Assembly (NCBI GenBank): GCA_030039035.1
Contig: JASHQQ010000067.1
Span: forward strand, 110-64,109
Source: Acidobacteriaceae bacterium
GTDB taxonomy: Bacteria > Acidobacteriota > Terriglobia > Terriglobales > Acidobacteriaceae
DNA length: 64,000 bases
Direction: 5' to 3'
Under the pieces are notes generated by a model, which saw only the letters and a list, made by a program, of their open reading frames with translations, ran no database searches and was not told the DNA's origin. The translations under genes and the position numbers were made by a program. Shown piece by piece: positions 1 to 12,666 of the stretch (its first letter is position 1; each line of letters starts with the position of its first letter).

Positions 1-3000
1 CGGATTGTTGCAGGAGATTTCAATGCGAACGGCGTCCCGGATCTGGCGATGCTGACCAACAACAGCACTACGGCTTCGATCCTGCTGACGGTACCCACCC
101 GGACGGCAACCGCGACCGCGACCGGCATTGCGCCGGTGGGCGCCGGGACGCACAATGTGGAAGCCAGCTACGCGGGAGACAGCAACTACAGTCCGAGCGT
201 TTCCTCCACGGTTGCGCTGGCCGCGGCACTCGAACCGGTGGTCTTCTCACTTGCCTCCGGGACGTATACGACGGTGCAGACAGTCACGCTGAGCGAAGCC
301 ATCCCTGGCGCGACCATCTACTACGCGGCGGGCGGCCCAGTCTCGACGAACGGATTTGTCCCATACGCCGGCCCCATTGCCTTGCCCTACGGAGGCAGCG
401 AATCCATCGAGGCCTATGCCGCCGAAACCGGCTACTTACAGAGCACTTATACTTCCGCCTCCTATACGCTGAACTTTCCCCAGGCCCCCGCGCCCGTCAT
501 TTCGCCTCCCGCCGGTTCCTACCCAGGCGCACAGAACACCTCCATCTCCGACTCGCTGGCCGGGGCAGTCATCTTCTACACAACCAACGGAACCTTTCCC
601 AATATCGGCGGAAACCTGTACTCGAGCCAGATCGCTGTTGCATCGTCTGAGACCGTGGTGGCGACGGCAATCGCCTCGGGATACTCGTTGAGCCAGCCTG
701 CGGCTGCGCAATACTTCATCGACTCTGCGGCAGGTTCCTTCGTCTATTCGGCTGCCGGTGACGGGTCGCCCGGTTACGCGGGCGACGGCGGCCCTGCGAC
801 CGTTGCCGCGATGAATGAAGCCTTCGCTGCCGCGAAAGACAAGGCAGGCAACCTCTACATCGCAGATGTAAACAACAATGTCGTGCGCGAAGTGGCGGCG
901 GGCACCGGTATCATCACCACCCTTGCCGGCAACGGAACTCCGGGCTATAGCGGCGACGGCGGGCCGGCGACAAAGGCGCAGCTTTCCAACCCTGTCGGCC
1001 TTGCCCTCGACAGCGCCGGCAACCTCTACATTGCCGATTATGCGAACAATGTCATTCGCGAGGTTGCGGCATCGACCGGGACGATCTCGACCTACGTTTC
1101 CGGCCTCGGAAGTCCCCAGGGAATTACGGTCGATGGAACCGGCAATCTCTATGTCGCCGAACCATCGCGGAACGAGGTCTTGAAAGTGGCTGTGGCGACC
1201 AGATCGATCTCGACGTATGCCGGGACGGGCCAATATGGTTACTCCGGAGATGGCGGACTGGCTACGAGCGCCACTCTTGACTTTCCGACCGCGCTGGCGA
1301 CCGACAGCGTGAATAACCTCTATATCGCCGATTCAGGCAACAATGTCATTCGCGAGGTGAACGCCGCCAGTCAAACGATATCGACGGTTGCGGGCGATGG
1401 TTATGGGGCCGGCCAATTTCGGGGAGGGTATACCGGAGACGGCGGTCCGGCGACGAAAGCCGAACTCTACGACCCGTATGGCGTAGCCGTTGACCGGCTC
1501 GGCAACATCTACATTGCCGATATGTACAACTCTGTTATCCGGGAAGTAACCGCAAGCAGCGGAATCATATCGACTGTCGCCGGCAACGGAGTGATTTGCG
1601 CCGATTTCTCCGGAGACGGCGGCCCGGCCACGTCCGTGGGGCTTTGCCTTCCCAACAGCGTTTCGGTCGATCCAGCCGGCAATTTCTATATCGGCGATCC
1701 GGTGACAAACCGGATCCGTGTGGTAACGGCGCCGGCGCTTCCCCCCACGGTAGCCGCGGCTGCACCCGAGTTCAGCGTCTCGGCGGGCGCCTATGGCAGC
1801 CCCCAATCGGTGAGCCTTACGGATTCAACTCCAGGCGCAGCCATCTACGTCACGTTCGATGGTTCCACTCCGACAACCCTGTCGTATGACTACAAGGGAC
1901 CGATCGATGTCTCGGGCAATGTGACGGTCAGCGCCGTCGCCGTCGCGCCAGGCTACCTGCCCAGCGCGCCCGTGAGTGCGGCATATACGATTACCTCGCC
2001 GCCAACGGCCACAATCGCGACTATTGCCGGAAGCGGTACGTATGGCTTTACCCAGTCGGGCGGCTCGGCGCTGAGCGTCGACGTTGGCGACCTGGCAGGC
2101 ATCGCTCGTGACAGCGCCGGCGACGTTTACTTTGCCGATCCCGCGAACAACGTCGTCTGGATGCTTTCGGCGCAGTCCGGAGACCTCTCCGTCGTTGCCG
2201 GCAACGGATCGTATGGTTACAGCGGCGACAATGGTCCGGCAACCAGCGCGGAACTGTATGGTCCGCAGGGCATCGCGGTCGATAGCGCAGGCAATCTGTA
2301 CATCGCCGATTCGTATAACAACGTCGTTCGCCAGGTTGCGGCGGCAACGGGGTACATTTCGACCTACGCCGGCTCCCGGAACTCTTCCAATCCGGCGAAC
2401 AACGGCGATGGAGGACCCGCCACAGATGCGAGACTGATCTCTCCGCAGGGTCTCGCCGTCGACAGCGCCGGAAACCTGTACATTGCCGACAGCGGCGACG
2501 AATCAATCCGTCTGGTGACGGCGAGCACCGGCATCATCACCACCGTTGCCGGGACGGGAACCTATGGATCCAGCGGAGACGGTGGACCGGCGACGAAGGC
2601 CGATCTGGCGGTACCCATAGCCCTGGCCATCGACAGCAACGCCAATCTCTACATTGGCACGGAACGGGACGGCCGCGTTCGCGAAGTCGCGTCTGGAAGC
2701 GGCATCATCACCACCATTGCCGGAAACGGCGACCCGGAAGGCTCGAGCGGCGACGGAGGTCCGGCAACAAGCGCGGAAGTGAATCCCCTGGGTCTCGCGG
2801 TTGACTCGGCAGGTAACGTGTACATTTCGAACCCTCCCGGCGCAGTCCGGCAGATGGCCGTAGGCACCGGCGTGATCACAACGGTTGCCGGAAACGGCTA
2901 CGTCGGCTATGGCGGCGACGGTGGCTCGGCAACCCTCGCCGAACTCGCTTATCCGCAGGGCATCGCCTGCGATCCCGCCGGCAACCTCTACATTGCCGAC

Positions 3001-4260
3001 TCCGACAACTACCGCGTCCGGCAAGTCAACTTCTCCGGTCCCGCGGTGACGCCAGTGTTCGGACTTGCGGCCGGGACTTATGCCGGCACACAAAATGTAA
3101 CCATCTACGATGGCACGCCCGGCGCGACCGTTTATTACACCACCGACGGAACCACGCCCGGGTCAACCTCCATTGTCTACAGCGCCCCGGTTGCAGTTAC
3201 CCAGTCGGAGACGTTGCAGGCAATCGCGATCCTGAATGGGAGACCGCAAAGCGGAGTGGCGACGGCCGCGTACACCATCACGGCAGCGACTCCGGTCATC
3301 TCGCTGCCGCCCGGCTCCTACGTAGGCGCGCAATTGGCTACCATCACCGACACAACGGCGGGTGCGGTCATCTATTACACGACCGACGGTGTCACCGTGC
3401 CCTCGACAAGCTCGACGATGTACACGGGACCGGTCGCGGTCACGGCTTCGGAAACGATCATGGCGATTGCTGTCGCTTCCGGATTCCCCAACAGCCCCGT
3501 CGCGACGGCTGCCTACACCATCCGGTATCAACCGGCGTTGAACTGGACAACGCCTGCAGAGATTACCTATGGGACGGAACTCGGCCCAAGGCAGCTTGAT
3601 GCATCCAGCCTCGTCTCCGGCACGTTTGTCTATTCGCCCGCGGCCGGCTCCAGGCTGTCGGCCGGCACGCATACTCTCACCGTCACATTCACACCCTCCA
3701 ACCCCGGCGCCTACACAAGCGCGATGAAATCCGTAGAGATCGAGGTCCAGAAGGCAACGCTGACCGTCACGGCCAAGGATCTCGACAAAGTCTACGGGGC
3801 GCCTGTCCCTGGCCTTGAATATGCGATCACCGGATTCGTCTATGGTCAGACCGAAGAGCAAGCGGTCAGCGGCAAACCCGATCTGGCCACGAAGGCAACG
3901 AAGAAATCCGGCGTGGGAAGTTATCCCATCACGGTCTCGGCCGGTGAGCTCGAAGCGAAGGACTACGGATTCAGGTTCATCGATGCAGAGCTGACCGTGA
4001 CCAAAGCCCCGCTTACCTTTGCCGCTGACAATGCTTCGGTGGAGTACGACAAGCCGCTGCCCAAGCTCACCTGGTCCGTCGAAGGATTCGAGAACGGAGA
4101 TACTGCGAAAGTGCTCGGTGGCAGCCCGGTGGAGACAACGACTGCCAAACAAGGCTCGCCGCCCGGCACATATCCCATCGTGATCAGGCAAGGCACCCTG
4201 AAGGCGGAAAACTACAGCTTCAGGTTCAAGGATGGGGAATTGACGATCACCAGGCCATAA
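1..4260 (+). CDS. Large secreted multi-repeat surface protein, 5'-truncated: FG-GAP end, Ig-like domain, chitobiase/CHB_HEX_C-like repeats, two NHL beta-propeller blocks, two C-terminal MBG domains
   Basis: Frame is open from base 1 (RIVAGDFNANGVPDLA, an FG-GAP motif). Many 'P.GLA.DSAGNLYIAD..N..IR.V' NHL repeats with 'GYSGDGGPAT.A.L' linkers, 'GA.IYYTTDG.TP' modules and 'LTVTA.D..KVYG' MBG modules. Confidence 0.85.
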   Translation, partial: RIVAGDFNANGVPDLAMLTNNSTTASILLTVPTRTATATATGIAPVGAGTHNVEASYAGDSNYSPSVSSTVALAAALEPVVFSLASGTYTTVQTVTLSEAIPGATIYYAAGGPVSTNGFVPYAGPIALPYGGSESIEAYAAETGYLQSTYTSASYTLNFPQAPAPVISPPAGSYPGAQNTSISDSLAGAVIFYTTNGTFPNIGGNLYSSQIAVASSETVVATAIASGYSLSQPAAAQYFIDSAAGSFVYSAAGDGSPGYAGDGGPATVAAMNEAFAAAKDKAGNLYIADVNNNVVREVAAGTGIITTLAGNGTPGYSGDGGPATKAQLSNPVGLALDSAGNLYIADYANNVIREVAASTGTISTYVSGLGSPQGITVDGTGNLYVAEPSRNEVLKVAVATRSISTYAGTGQYGYSGDGGLATSATLDFPTALATDSVNNLYIADSGNNVIREVNAASQTISTVAGDGYGAGQFRGGYTGDGGPATKAELYDPYGVAVDRLGNIYIADMYNSVIREVTASSGIISTVAGNGVICADFSGDGGPATSVGLCLPNSVSVDPAGNFYIGDPVTNRIRVVTAPALPPTVAAAAPEFSVSAGAYGSPQSVSLTDSTPGAAIYVTFDGSTPTTLSYDYKGPIDVSGNVTVSAVAVAPGYLPSAPVSAAYTITSPPTATIATIAGSGTYGFTQSGGSALSVDVGDLAGIARDSAGDVYFADPANNVVWMLSAQSGDLSVVAGNGSYGYSGDNGPATSAELYGPQGIAVDSAGNLYIADSYNNVVRQVAAATGYISTYAGSRNSSNPANNGDGGPATDARLISPQGLAVDSAGNLYIADSGDESIRLVTASTGIITTVAGTGTYGSSGDGGPATKADLAVPIALAIDSNANLYIGTERDGRVREVASGSGIITTIAGNGDPEGSSGDGGPATSAEVNPLGLAVDSAGNVYISNPPGAVRQMAVGTGVITTVAGNGYVGYGGDGGSATLAELAYPQGIACDPAGNLYIADSDNYRVRQVNFSGPAVTPVFGLAAGTYAGTQNVTIYDGTPGATVYYTTDGTTPGSTSIVYSAPVAVTQSETLQAIAILNGRPQSGVATAAYTITAATPVISLPPGSYVGAQLATITDTTAGAVIYYTTDGVTVPSTSSTMYTGPVAVTASETIMAIAVASGFPNSPVATAAYTIRYQPALNWTTPAEITYGTELGPRQLDASSLVSGTFVYSPAAGSRLSAGTHTLTVTFTPSNPGAYTSAMKSVEIEVQKATLTVTAKDLDKVYGAPVPGLEYAITGFVYGQTEEQAVSGKPDLATKATKKSGVGSYPITVSAGELEAKDYGFRFIDAELTVTKAPLTFAADNASVEYDKPLPKLTWSVEGFENGDTAKVLGGSPVETTTAKQGSPPGTYPIVIRQGTLKAENYSFRFKDGELTITRP

Positions 4261-4442
4261 CCGCCAGGCAGCGCGCCCGTCGATCTCCAGGATGAAGTCG
4301 TGTGCCGCGGGCCGAAACCCGTCCGCGCCGCAGGCCGGGTCGCTCATTGCCCTTGAAACGCATCCAGTCCCGCGAAGACTCCCGGCAGACCAGCCAACAT
4401 CCGGATCGCCTCCATCCGCGCTTCGGCCGGGTACGGCCTCCT

Positions 4443-4471
4443 GAGTAACACAGAATTAACATTTGTTACTC
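4443..4471. promoter_or_regulatory. Putative operator upstream of the fdh-like operon
   Basis: GAGTAACA-N13-TGTTACTC is a perfect 8-bp inverted repeat in an AT-rich patch. It also contains TAACA twice at 11-bp spacing. Confidence 0.45.
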
Positions 4472-4537
4472 GTCGATTGGGCGCACATCCTGCTTTACCA
4501 CGGTGCGCTTCCGGTACTAGCATCCTGAAACGAGGTC

Positions 4538-7579
<3,042 letters not shown>

Positions 7580-7581
7580 AA

Positions 7582-8061
7582 ATGGCTCGCCCGATCTCTT
7601 TCGAAGTGGTTCCCCGCGATCCTCGCGATGAGCTGCGCAGGAAGCTCGAAGCCGCGCCCGCCGAGCATGCCGAAGCGCTGCTCGAAAGCTATGAGCTCCT
7701 TCAGGAACTCCACGACAAGGGCCTGCTCCAGCTCCTGCGTGGCGCGCTCTCGGCCGGCAGCCACATCGTGGAAACCACGGTTGAAGCCGCGCGTACCGAT
7801 GAATCCATCCGCGCCGCGCGCAACGCGATCGTCCTGACCAAAATGCTCGGCGCCATCAATCCCGAAATTCTCGAAGGCATCGCCGTTGCCGCGGCCGACA
7901 CGCTGGGCAGCTACAAGAAGCCTGTCATCGAGCCGCCGGGCCTGCTTTCGCTCCTCGGCCAATTTCGTCACAAAGAGCTGCGCCGCAGCATCGCCCTCAT
8001 CAATCGATTCCTGGAGAGCCTGGGAAACCAGATTTGCCAGCAAGCCCGCTGCAAGGAATGA
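7582..8061 (+). CDS. DUF1641-family protein (YjgD-like), the usual partner of YjgC-type FDH
   Basis: Starts 2 nt after the fdh stop with SD GGAG. Helical protein with 'LHDKGLLQLL' and a 'GLLSLL...RRSI' tail typical of this family. Confidence 0.7.
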   Translation: MARPISFEVVPRDPRDELRRKLEAAPAEHAEALLESYELLQELHDKGLLQLLRGALSAGSHIVETTVEAARTDESIRAARNAIVLTKMLGAINPEILEGIAVAAADTLGSYKKPVIEPPGLLSLLGQFRHKELRRSIALINRFLESLGNQICQQARCKE

Positions 8062-8146
8062 GCGAAACAGAGCGGCTCCACGTTTGCTGCATCCCATTCG
8101 GGACCGGGACGAACCGCGGAGCCACTCAACTGTCCTGGAGGAACGT

Positions 8147-9391
8147 ATGTCGAGCACCCATCGTTGGGGCATCGCGGTAGCCGGCTTCCTGATGCAGATC
8201 GCCCTGGGCGCCGTCTACGCCTGGAGCGTCTTCCGCATTCCGCTTGGCAAGCAATTCGGCTGGTCGGTCGCCCAGGTCACGCTCACTTTCACCATCTGCA
8301 TCTTCATGCTCGGCGTCGCTGCATTCTTCGGCGGTCTGTGGCTGAACAGGCGCGGGCCGCGCATCGTAGCCGTTACCGCCGGCATCCTTTATGGTCTCGG
8401 CGTCTTCCTGGCCGGCTGGTCGAGCATCGGCCTGTGGTGGCTTTATCTCTCCTACGGCTTCATCGGCGGCATCGGCATCGGCCTGGGCTACATTGTTCCC
8501 GTCGCCGTGCTGGTGAAGTGGTTCCCCGACCGCCGCGGCCTCATCACGGGCATTGCCGTGGGCGGATTCGGCGCAGGCGCGCTGGTTACAGCTCCGGTCG
8601 CCACCCGCCTCATCCAGTCCGTGGGCGTTCTGGCGACGTTCAAATACCTCGGCATCGCTTACCTCGTCGTGACCATCGTGGCCGGCCTGTTCATGCGCGT
8701 TCCGCCCGAAGGCTGGCGCCCCGAGGGCTGGTCACCGAGCGCCACGCAGGCGCGCCAGCGCGCCGCGCGCGACTACACTCTCGGCGAATCGCTCGGCACC
8801 TGGCAGTGGTGGGCGCTGTGGCTCATCCTTTTCCTCAACGTCACCGCCGGCATCTCGCTCATCTCGCAGGAATCGCCGATGTTCCAGAAGTTCGCCGGCG
8901 TCACTGCCATCGTGGCCGGCGGCATGGTGGGCGTTGTCAGCATCGGCAACTCGGTCGGCCGCATCTTCTGGGCGTGGGTCTCCGACGGCATCACCCGCCG
9001 CTGGACCTTCACCGTGATGTTCCTTCTCCAGGTTCTTCTGTTCTGGATTCTGCCTTCGCTCACCGGCGTCACCATCCTCACCGCTGTCTCCTTTGTGATC
9101 CTGATGTGCTACGGCGGCGGCTTCGGCACCATGCCCGCCTTCGCCGCCGACTACTTCGGCAGCAAGAATGTCGGACCCATCTACGGCCTGATGCTCACCG
9201 CATGGGGATTTGCGAGCGCCTTCGGGCCGCTGCTGCTGGCCAACACTCTCAAGTCCAGCGGCGCCTACACCAGCGGCCTGCACATCATCGCCGTGATTCT
9301 GATACTCTCCACCATTCTGCCCATTCTCGTCCGGCCGCCCCAGGCGCGTGCCGCGCAGCTCGCCCGGCAGAGTTCCAGGACCACGGCATGA
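8147..9391 (+). CDS. OFA-family MFS transporter (oxalate/formate antiporter-like)
   Basis: SD GGAGGA then ATG at 8147. 'GAVYAWSVF', 'KWFPDRRGLITGIAVGGFGAG', 'GRIFWAWVSDGI', 'YGGGFGTMPAFAADYFG', about 12 TM segments. Confidence 0.88.
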   Translation: MSSTHRWGIAVAGFLMQIALGAVYAWSVFRIPLGKQFGWSVAQVTLTFTICIFMLGVAAFFGGLWLNRRGPRIVAVTAGILYGLGVFLAGWSSIGLWWLYLSYGFIGGIGIGLGYIVPVAVLVKWFPDRRGLITGIAVGGFGAGALVTAPVATRLIQSVGVLATFKYLGIAYLVVTIVAGLFMRVPPEGWRPEGWSPSATQARQRAARDYTLGESLGTWQWWALWLILFLNVTAGISLISQESPMFQKFAGVTAIVAGGMVGVVSIGNSVGRIFWAWVSDGITRRWTFTVMFLLQVLLFWILPSLTGVTILTAVSFVILMCYGGGFGTMPAFAADYFGSKNVGPIYGLMLTAWGFASAFGPLLLANTLKSSGAYTSGLHIIAVILILSTILPILVRPPQARAAQLARQSSRTTA

Positions 9392-9516
9392 TTTCCGTCA
9401 CCACCTGGATGCAGGTTGCATGGGTATCGGGGATCGGCCCAAATACGGCCTCCTCACCCATTCCTTGACGGGCAAATCGGAGATTCTTCAATAATTATGC
9501 GGTGATTCTCGCTATA

Positions 9517-9610
9517 TGGCGGAGAGAGGGGGATTCGAACCCCCGATACAGGTTTTAGCCCGTATAACGGTTTAGCAAACCGCCGCCTTCAGCCACTCGG
9601 CCATCTCTCC
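9517..9610 (-). tRNA. tRNA-Ser (anticodon GCT)
   Basis: Reverse complement reads GGAGAGATGGCCGAGTGGCTGAAGGCGGCGGTTTGCTAAACCG...GGGGGTTCGAATCCCCCTCTCTCCGCCA. Acceptor stem, long variable arm, TTCGAAT T-loop and encoded CCA. TATAAT -10 on the minus strand at 9625-9630. Confidence 0.97.
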
Positions 9611-9847
9611 GGCGTTCATGGCGAATTATACCGGAATTCGCATCGGGGCTGCGATGGAGCGCCGGTTGCCCGCTCATCCTGCCTTCGCTCGCCGGAAGAA
9701 GAATCCCGGACCGGAAAGGGTGGAGAACCCCAGCGTGAGATGGAGCCATTTCCTCAACCTCGAGTGGGAGATGAGCCGCATGAAAAAAGCGGGCTCAGGC
9801 CCATTTTTCTCTTTAAGCAGCAGTCATTTATTGGTAGATTCACAATC

Positions 9848-11212
9848 GTGCAACTGGCCCTGAAACCCGTCCGGCGAAAGATGCGCATGCTGCCTCTCAT
9901 CGCCGCCACCTTCTTCATGGTGTCCGGAGGCCCCTACGCCATCGAGGACATTCTCGGCGGAGCCGGATTTGCGCGGGCCGTCGTCATTCTGCTCGTGCTG
10001 CCGTTCGTCTGGAGTCTGCCCACGGCGCTGATGATCGGAGAGCTGGCCAGCGCGCTTCCCGCCGAGGGCGGCTTCTACATCTGGGTGCGGCGCGCGCTGG
10101 GGCCGTTCTGGGGCTATCAGGAAGGGTGGCTTTCGCTTTCGGCCAGCATCTTCGATATGGCCATCTACCCGGCCATCTTCGTTCTTTATCTCGGCAAGTT
10201 CAATCCGGCTCTGACGAACGACTGGAAGGAATACGTCTGGATGGTTGCCGTGGTTGTGCTTTGCTGCGCGTGGAACCTGCGCGGCGCTCCGGCCGTCGGC
10301 GAGGATTCCGTCTGGCTTTCCGCGCTGCTGCTGGCGCCGTTTGCCATTTTTGTGGCGCTCGGCGTCTGGCACGGCGTAGCCCGGCATCCGGCGGTGCATT
10401 GGAGCCAGCCGGCATCCGAATCGGCGCTTTCGACGGCGATCCTTGTGGCGCTGTGGAATTACATGGGGTGGGACAACGCCTCGACCGTGGCCCAGGAAGT
10501 CGAGAACCCGCAGCGCAACTATCCCCGCGCCATGATTCTGGCCACCATCGTGGTCGCGGTCACCTACGTTCTGCCCTTGCTGGCCATGGCCCTTGCCGGC
10601 CTTTCCGTCGAAAGCTTCTCCACCGGCGACTGGATGACTGCGGCCGCGACGATCGGCGGGCCGCTGCTGGGCATCGCCGTGGTGGTGGGCGGCATGATCA
10701 CCGGCGTGGGCATGTTCAACGCGCTGGTGATGAGTTACACCCGCCTGCCCACGGCCATGGCCGAAGACGGCATGCTGCCGCGCGTTTTTGCGCGCCGCAA
10801 CGGCCGCGGAGTGCCGTGGGTAAGCGTGCTGGCTTGCGGGCTGGCCTGGGCGCTGGCGCTCAAACTGCCCTTCGAGCGGCTCATCTCCATCGATCTGATC
10901 CTCTACGGCACGAGCCTGCTGCTGGAGTTTGTCGCGCTGGTTGTGCTGCGCATTCGCGAGCCCCGGCTGGAGCGGCCGTTCAGGGCCGGCAATCTCGCCT
11001 TTGCCTGCGCCCTGGGAGTGGGCCCCGCGGCGCTGATCGCCTATGCGCTGTGGGCCTCGCGGGGAGACAGGTTGATGCAGGCGAATTCAACATGGGGTTC
11101 GGTGCCCGCATTGCTCTTCGCCCTCTGTGTCGGGCTGCTGGGACCGCTGCTGTATTGGTTCACGGCCGCTCCGCGGGCGCGCCGCCTGGCCGCCGCTCAG
11201 GCGACAGACTGA
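9848..11212 (+). CDS. APC-family amino acid/polyamine permease
   Basis: 'FFMVSGGPY.IED', 'ELASALPAEGGFYIWVRRALG', 'WNYMGWDNASTVAQEVENPQRNYPRA'. Start is probably GTG 9848 (alternative ATG 9881). Confidence 0.88.
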   Translation: MQLALKPVRRKMRMLPLIAATFFMVSGGPYAIEDILGGAGFARAVVILLVLPFVWSLPTALMIGELASALPAEGGFYIWVRRALGPFWGYQEGWLSLSASIFDMAIYPAIFVLYLGKFNPALTNDWKEYVWMVAVVVLCCAWNLRGAPAVGEDSVWLSALLLAPFAIFVALGVWHGVARHPAVHWSQPASESALSTAILVALWNYMGWDNASTVAQEVENPQRNYPRAMILATIVVAVTYVLPLLAMALAGLSVESFSTGDWMTAAATIGGPLLGIAVVVGGMITGVGMFNALVMSYTRLPTAMAEDGMLPRVFARRNGRGVPWVSVLACGLAWALALKLPFERLISIDLILYGTSLLLEFVALVVLRIREPRLERPFRAGNLAFACALGVGPAALIAYALWASRGDRLMQANSTWGSVPALLFALCVGLLGPLLYWFTAAPRARRLAAAQATD

Positions 11213-11238
11213 TTCCCGTCTTTCAGGTGCCGTGTCTT

Positions 11239-11285
11239 TCCCGCCCTTGCGGCAAGAACAAACACGCAGCAAGGATCGGGCACCC
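11239..11285. repeat. REP-like palindromic repeat, family A, copy 1 (intergenic, between convergent genes)
   Basis: TCCCGCCCTTGC-N18-GCAAGGATCGGGCACCC. Shares both arms with copies at 21887 and 41866. Confidence 0.7.
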
Positions 11286-11314
11286 AAACGGTACGAAGAC
11301 AGACATTCCTTGAC

Positions 11315-11875
11315 CTAGATTCCCGCGCCCGTTCCGCTTTCGGCTCCCCTGGCCTTGCTGGCCTCGAAGTTCTTCGCTGTCTTCACCACCTGATCGCGCG
11401 CGTACGAGGCATCACGCCAGCCCTTGATCTCGACGCGCTTGCCTTCCAGGTCCTTGTAGATCGAAAAGAAATGCGTGATCTCCTTCAATAAGTGCGGATA
11501 GATGTCGGTATAGTTCCATACATTTGCGTAGCGGGGATTGTTCTTGCCGACGGCCAGCACTTTTTCGTCCAGCGTGCCCTGGTCGAGCATTTCGAGCAGC
11601 CCGATGGGCCGCACCTCCTGCACACAGCCGGGAAAGCTCGGATGAGGCACCAGCACCAGCACGTCCAGCGGATCGCCGTCGTCGCTCAGCGTGGAGGGAA
11701 TGAAGCCGTAGTCGCCGGGATAATGAACCGGCGAGTGCAGGTTCCTGTCGAGCTTGAAGACGTGCAGCACCTTGTCGTACTCGAATTTCGCGGTGCCTTC
11801 CTTCGGAATCTCGATGACCGCGCGGAATACCTCCGGGCAGCGGTCGCCAATCGGCAGCTCCAGGTAATTCACCAT
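11315..11875 (-). CDS. ppa: Inorganic pyrophosphatase (family I)
   Basis: 'KFEYDK...LDRNL.SPVHYPGDYGFIP.TL.DDGDPLDVLV' and 'HFFSIYKDLEGK'. Confidence 0.95.
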   Translation of the reverse strand: MVNYLELPIGDRCPEVFRAVIEIPKEGTAKFEYDKVLHVFKLDRNLHSPVHYPGDYGFIPSTLSDDGDPLDVLVLVPHPSFPGCVQEVRPIGLLEMLDQGTLDEKVLAVGKNNPRYANVWNYTDIYPHLLKEITHFFSIYKDLEGKRVEIKGWRDASYARDQVVKTAKNFEASKARGAESGTGAGI

Positions 11876-11986
11876 CGTGGCTCTCCTGTGCGGGCTGAAT
11901 CCGTCAAGGGGATCCCGCGGCTGGTCCCGGCCCAGGCCGCGCTCGCGGCGGTCATCCCCGCTCCGCCGGAACTACTATAATCGCGG

Positions 11987-12235
11987 ATGATGAAGGCTCA
12001 TGTCCATGTCACCCTGAAGTCCTCGGTCCTCGACCCGCAGGGGCAGACCATCCACAACGCGCTGCGCAAGATCGGCTTCGCCGACGTGACCGGCGTCCGC
12101 CAGGGCAAGTACTTCGTCCTCACGCTCGACAACGGCATGAATGCCGGCGCCGCGCAGGCTGCGGTAGAGCGCATCGCCCGCGAAGTGCTCACCAATCCGG
12201 TGATCGAAGAGTTCACGTATCGCATCGAAGAGTAA
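11987..12235 (+). CDS. purS: Phosphoribosylformylglycinamidine synthase subunit PurS
   Basis: 'VTLK.SVLDPQG..I..AL..IGF..V.GVRQGKYF' and 'LTNPVIEEF'. Confidence 0.95.
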   Translation: MMKAHVHVTLKSSVLDPQGQTIHNALRKIGFADVTGVRQGKYFVLTLDNGMNAGAAQAAVERIAREVLTNPVIEEFTYRIEE

Positions 12236-12280
12236 GCCCTTTCCAATCACTCGTCACAATTCCCGCCGGAACGCCTTGAC

Positions 12281-12310
12281 CTTCTACACGTAGTCGCCTA
12301 TATGTAGAAG
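12281..12310. promoter_or_regulatory. Putative PadR operator overlapping the promoter
   Basis: CTTCTACACGTAG-N4-CTATATGTAGAAG inverted repeat (11/13 match), directly after TTGACC and 8 nt before the padR ATG. Confidence 0.65.
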
Positions 12311-12318
12311 AATAAGGT

Positions 12319-12666
12319 ATGAAGCACGACTCCGGATTCGACCTTCCCCAGGGAACGCTCGACCTTCTGATCCTGAAAGTCGTCGCGCATGGGCCCATCC
12401 ATGGCTACGCCATCGCCCAGCGCATCCGGCAGATGTCGCGCAACGCTCTCGAAGTGCAGCAGGGTTCGCTTTATCCCGCGCTGCACCGGCTCGAGTACAA
12501 GAAGTATCTGAACGCCGACTGGAAACTGACCGAGACCGGTCGGGAAGCCAGGTTTTACCGGCTCACATCGCGGGGCAAGGCGCATCTGGAGAGCGAAACC
12601 GCAAGCTGGGAGCGGCTGACGGAGATTGTCGGCCTTATCCTGCAGGGCTCACCGGGAGAAGCGTAA
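12319..12666 (+). CDS. Acidobacterial PadR-family transcriptional regulator
   Basis: 'QGTLDLLILK...GPIHGYAIAQRI', 'GSLYPALHRLE', 'GREARFYRLT.RG'. Stop overlaps the start of the downstream permease. Confidence 0.93.
   Translation: MKHDSGFDLPQGTLDLLILKVVAHGPIHGYAIAQRIRQMSRNALEVQQGSLYPALHRLEYKKYLNADWKLTETGREARFYRLTSRGKAHLESETASWERLTEIVGLILQGSPGEA

Noticed and set aside
760-3030. Regularly recurring DNA motifs (GGCGACGGCGG.CC.GC.AC, GGCAACCTCTACAT.GCCGA) resembling an array
   Set aside because: These are codon-level echoes of NHL protein repeats inside one ORF. They are degenerate and are not CRISPR repeats.
4261-4537. Moco/Tuco riboswitch upstream of the fdh-like gene, or selenocysteine recoding within it
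   Set aside because: No recognisable Moco motif. The ORF is uninterrupted and has TGC (Cys) at the metal-ligand position.
9783-9808. AAAAAAGCGGGC-TCAG-GCCCATTTTT as an intrinsic terminator
   Set aside because: The stem is only 4 bp and it lies between divergent transcription units, so support is too weak.
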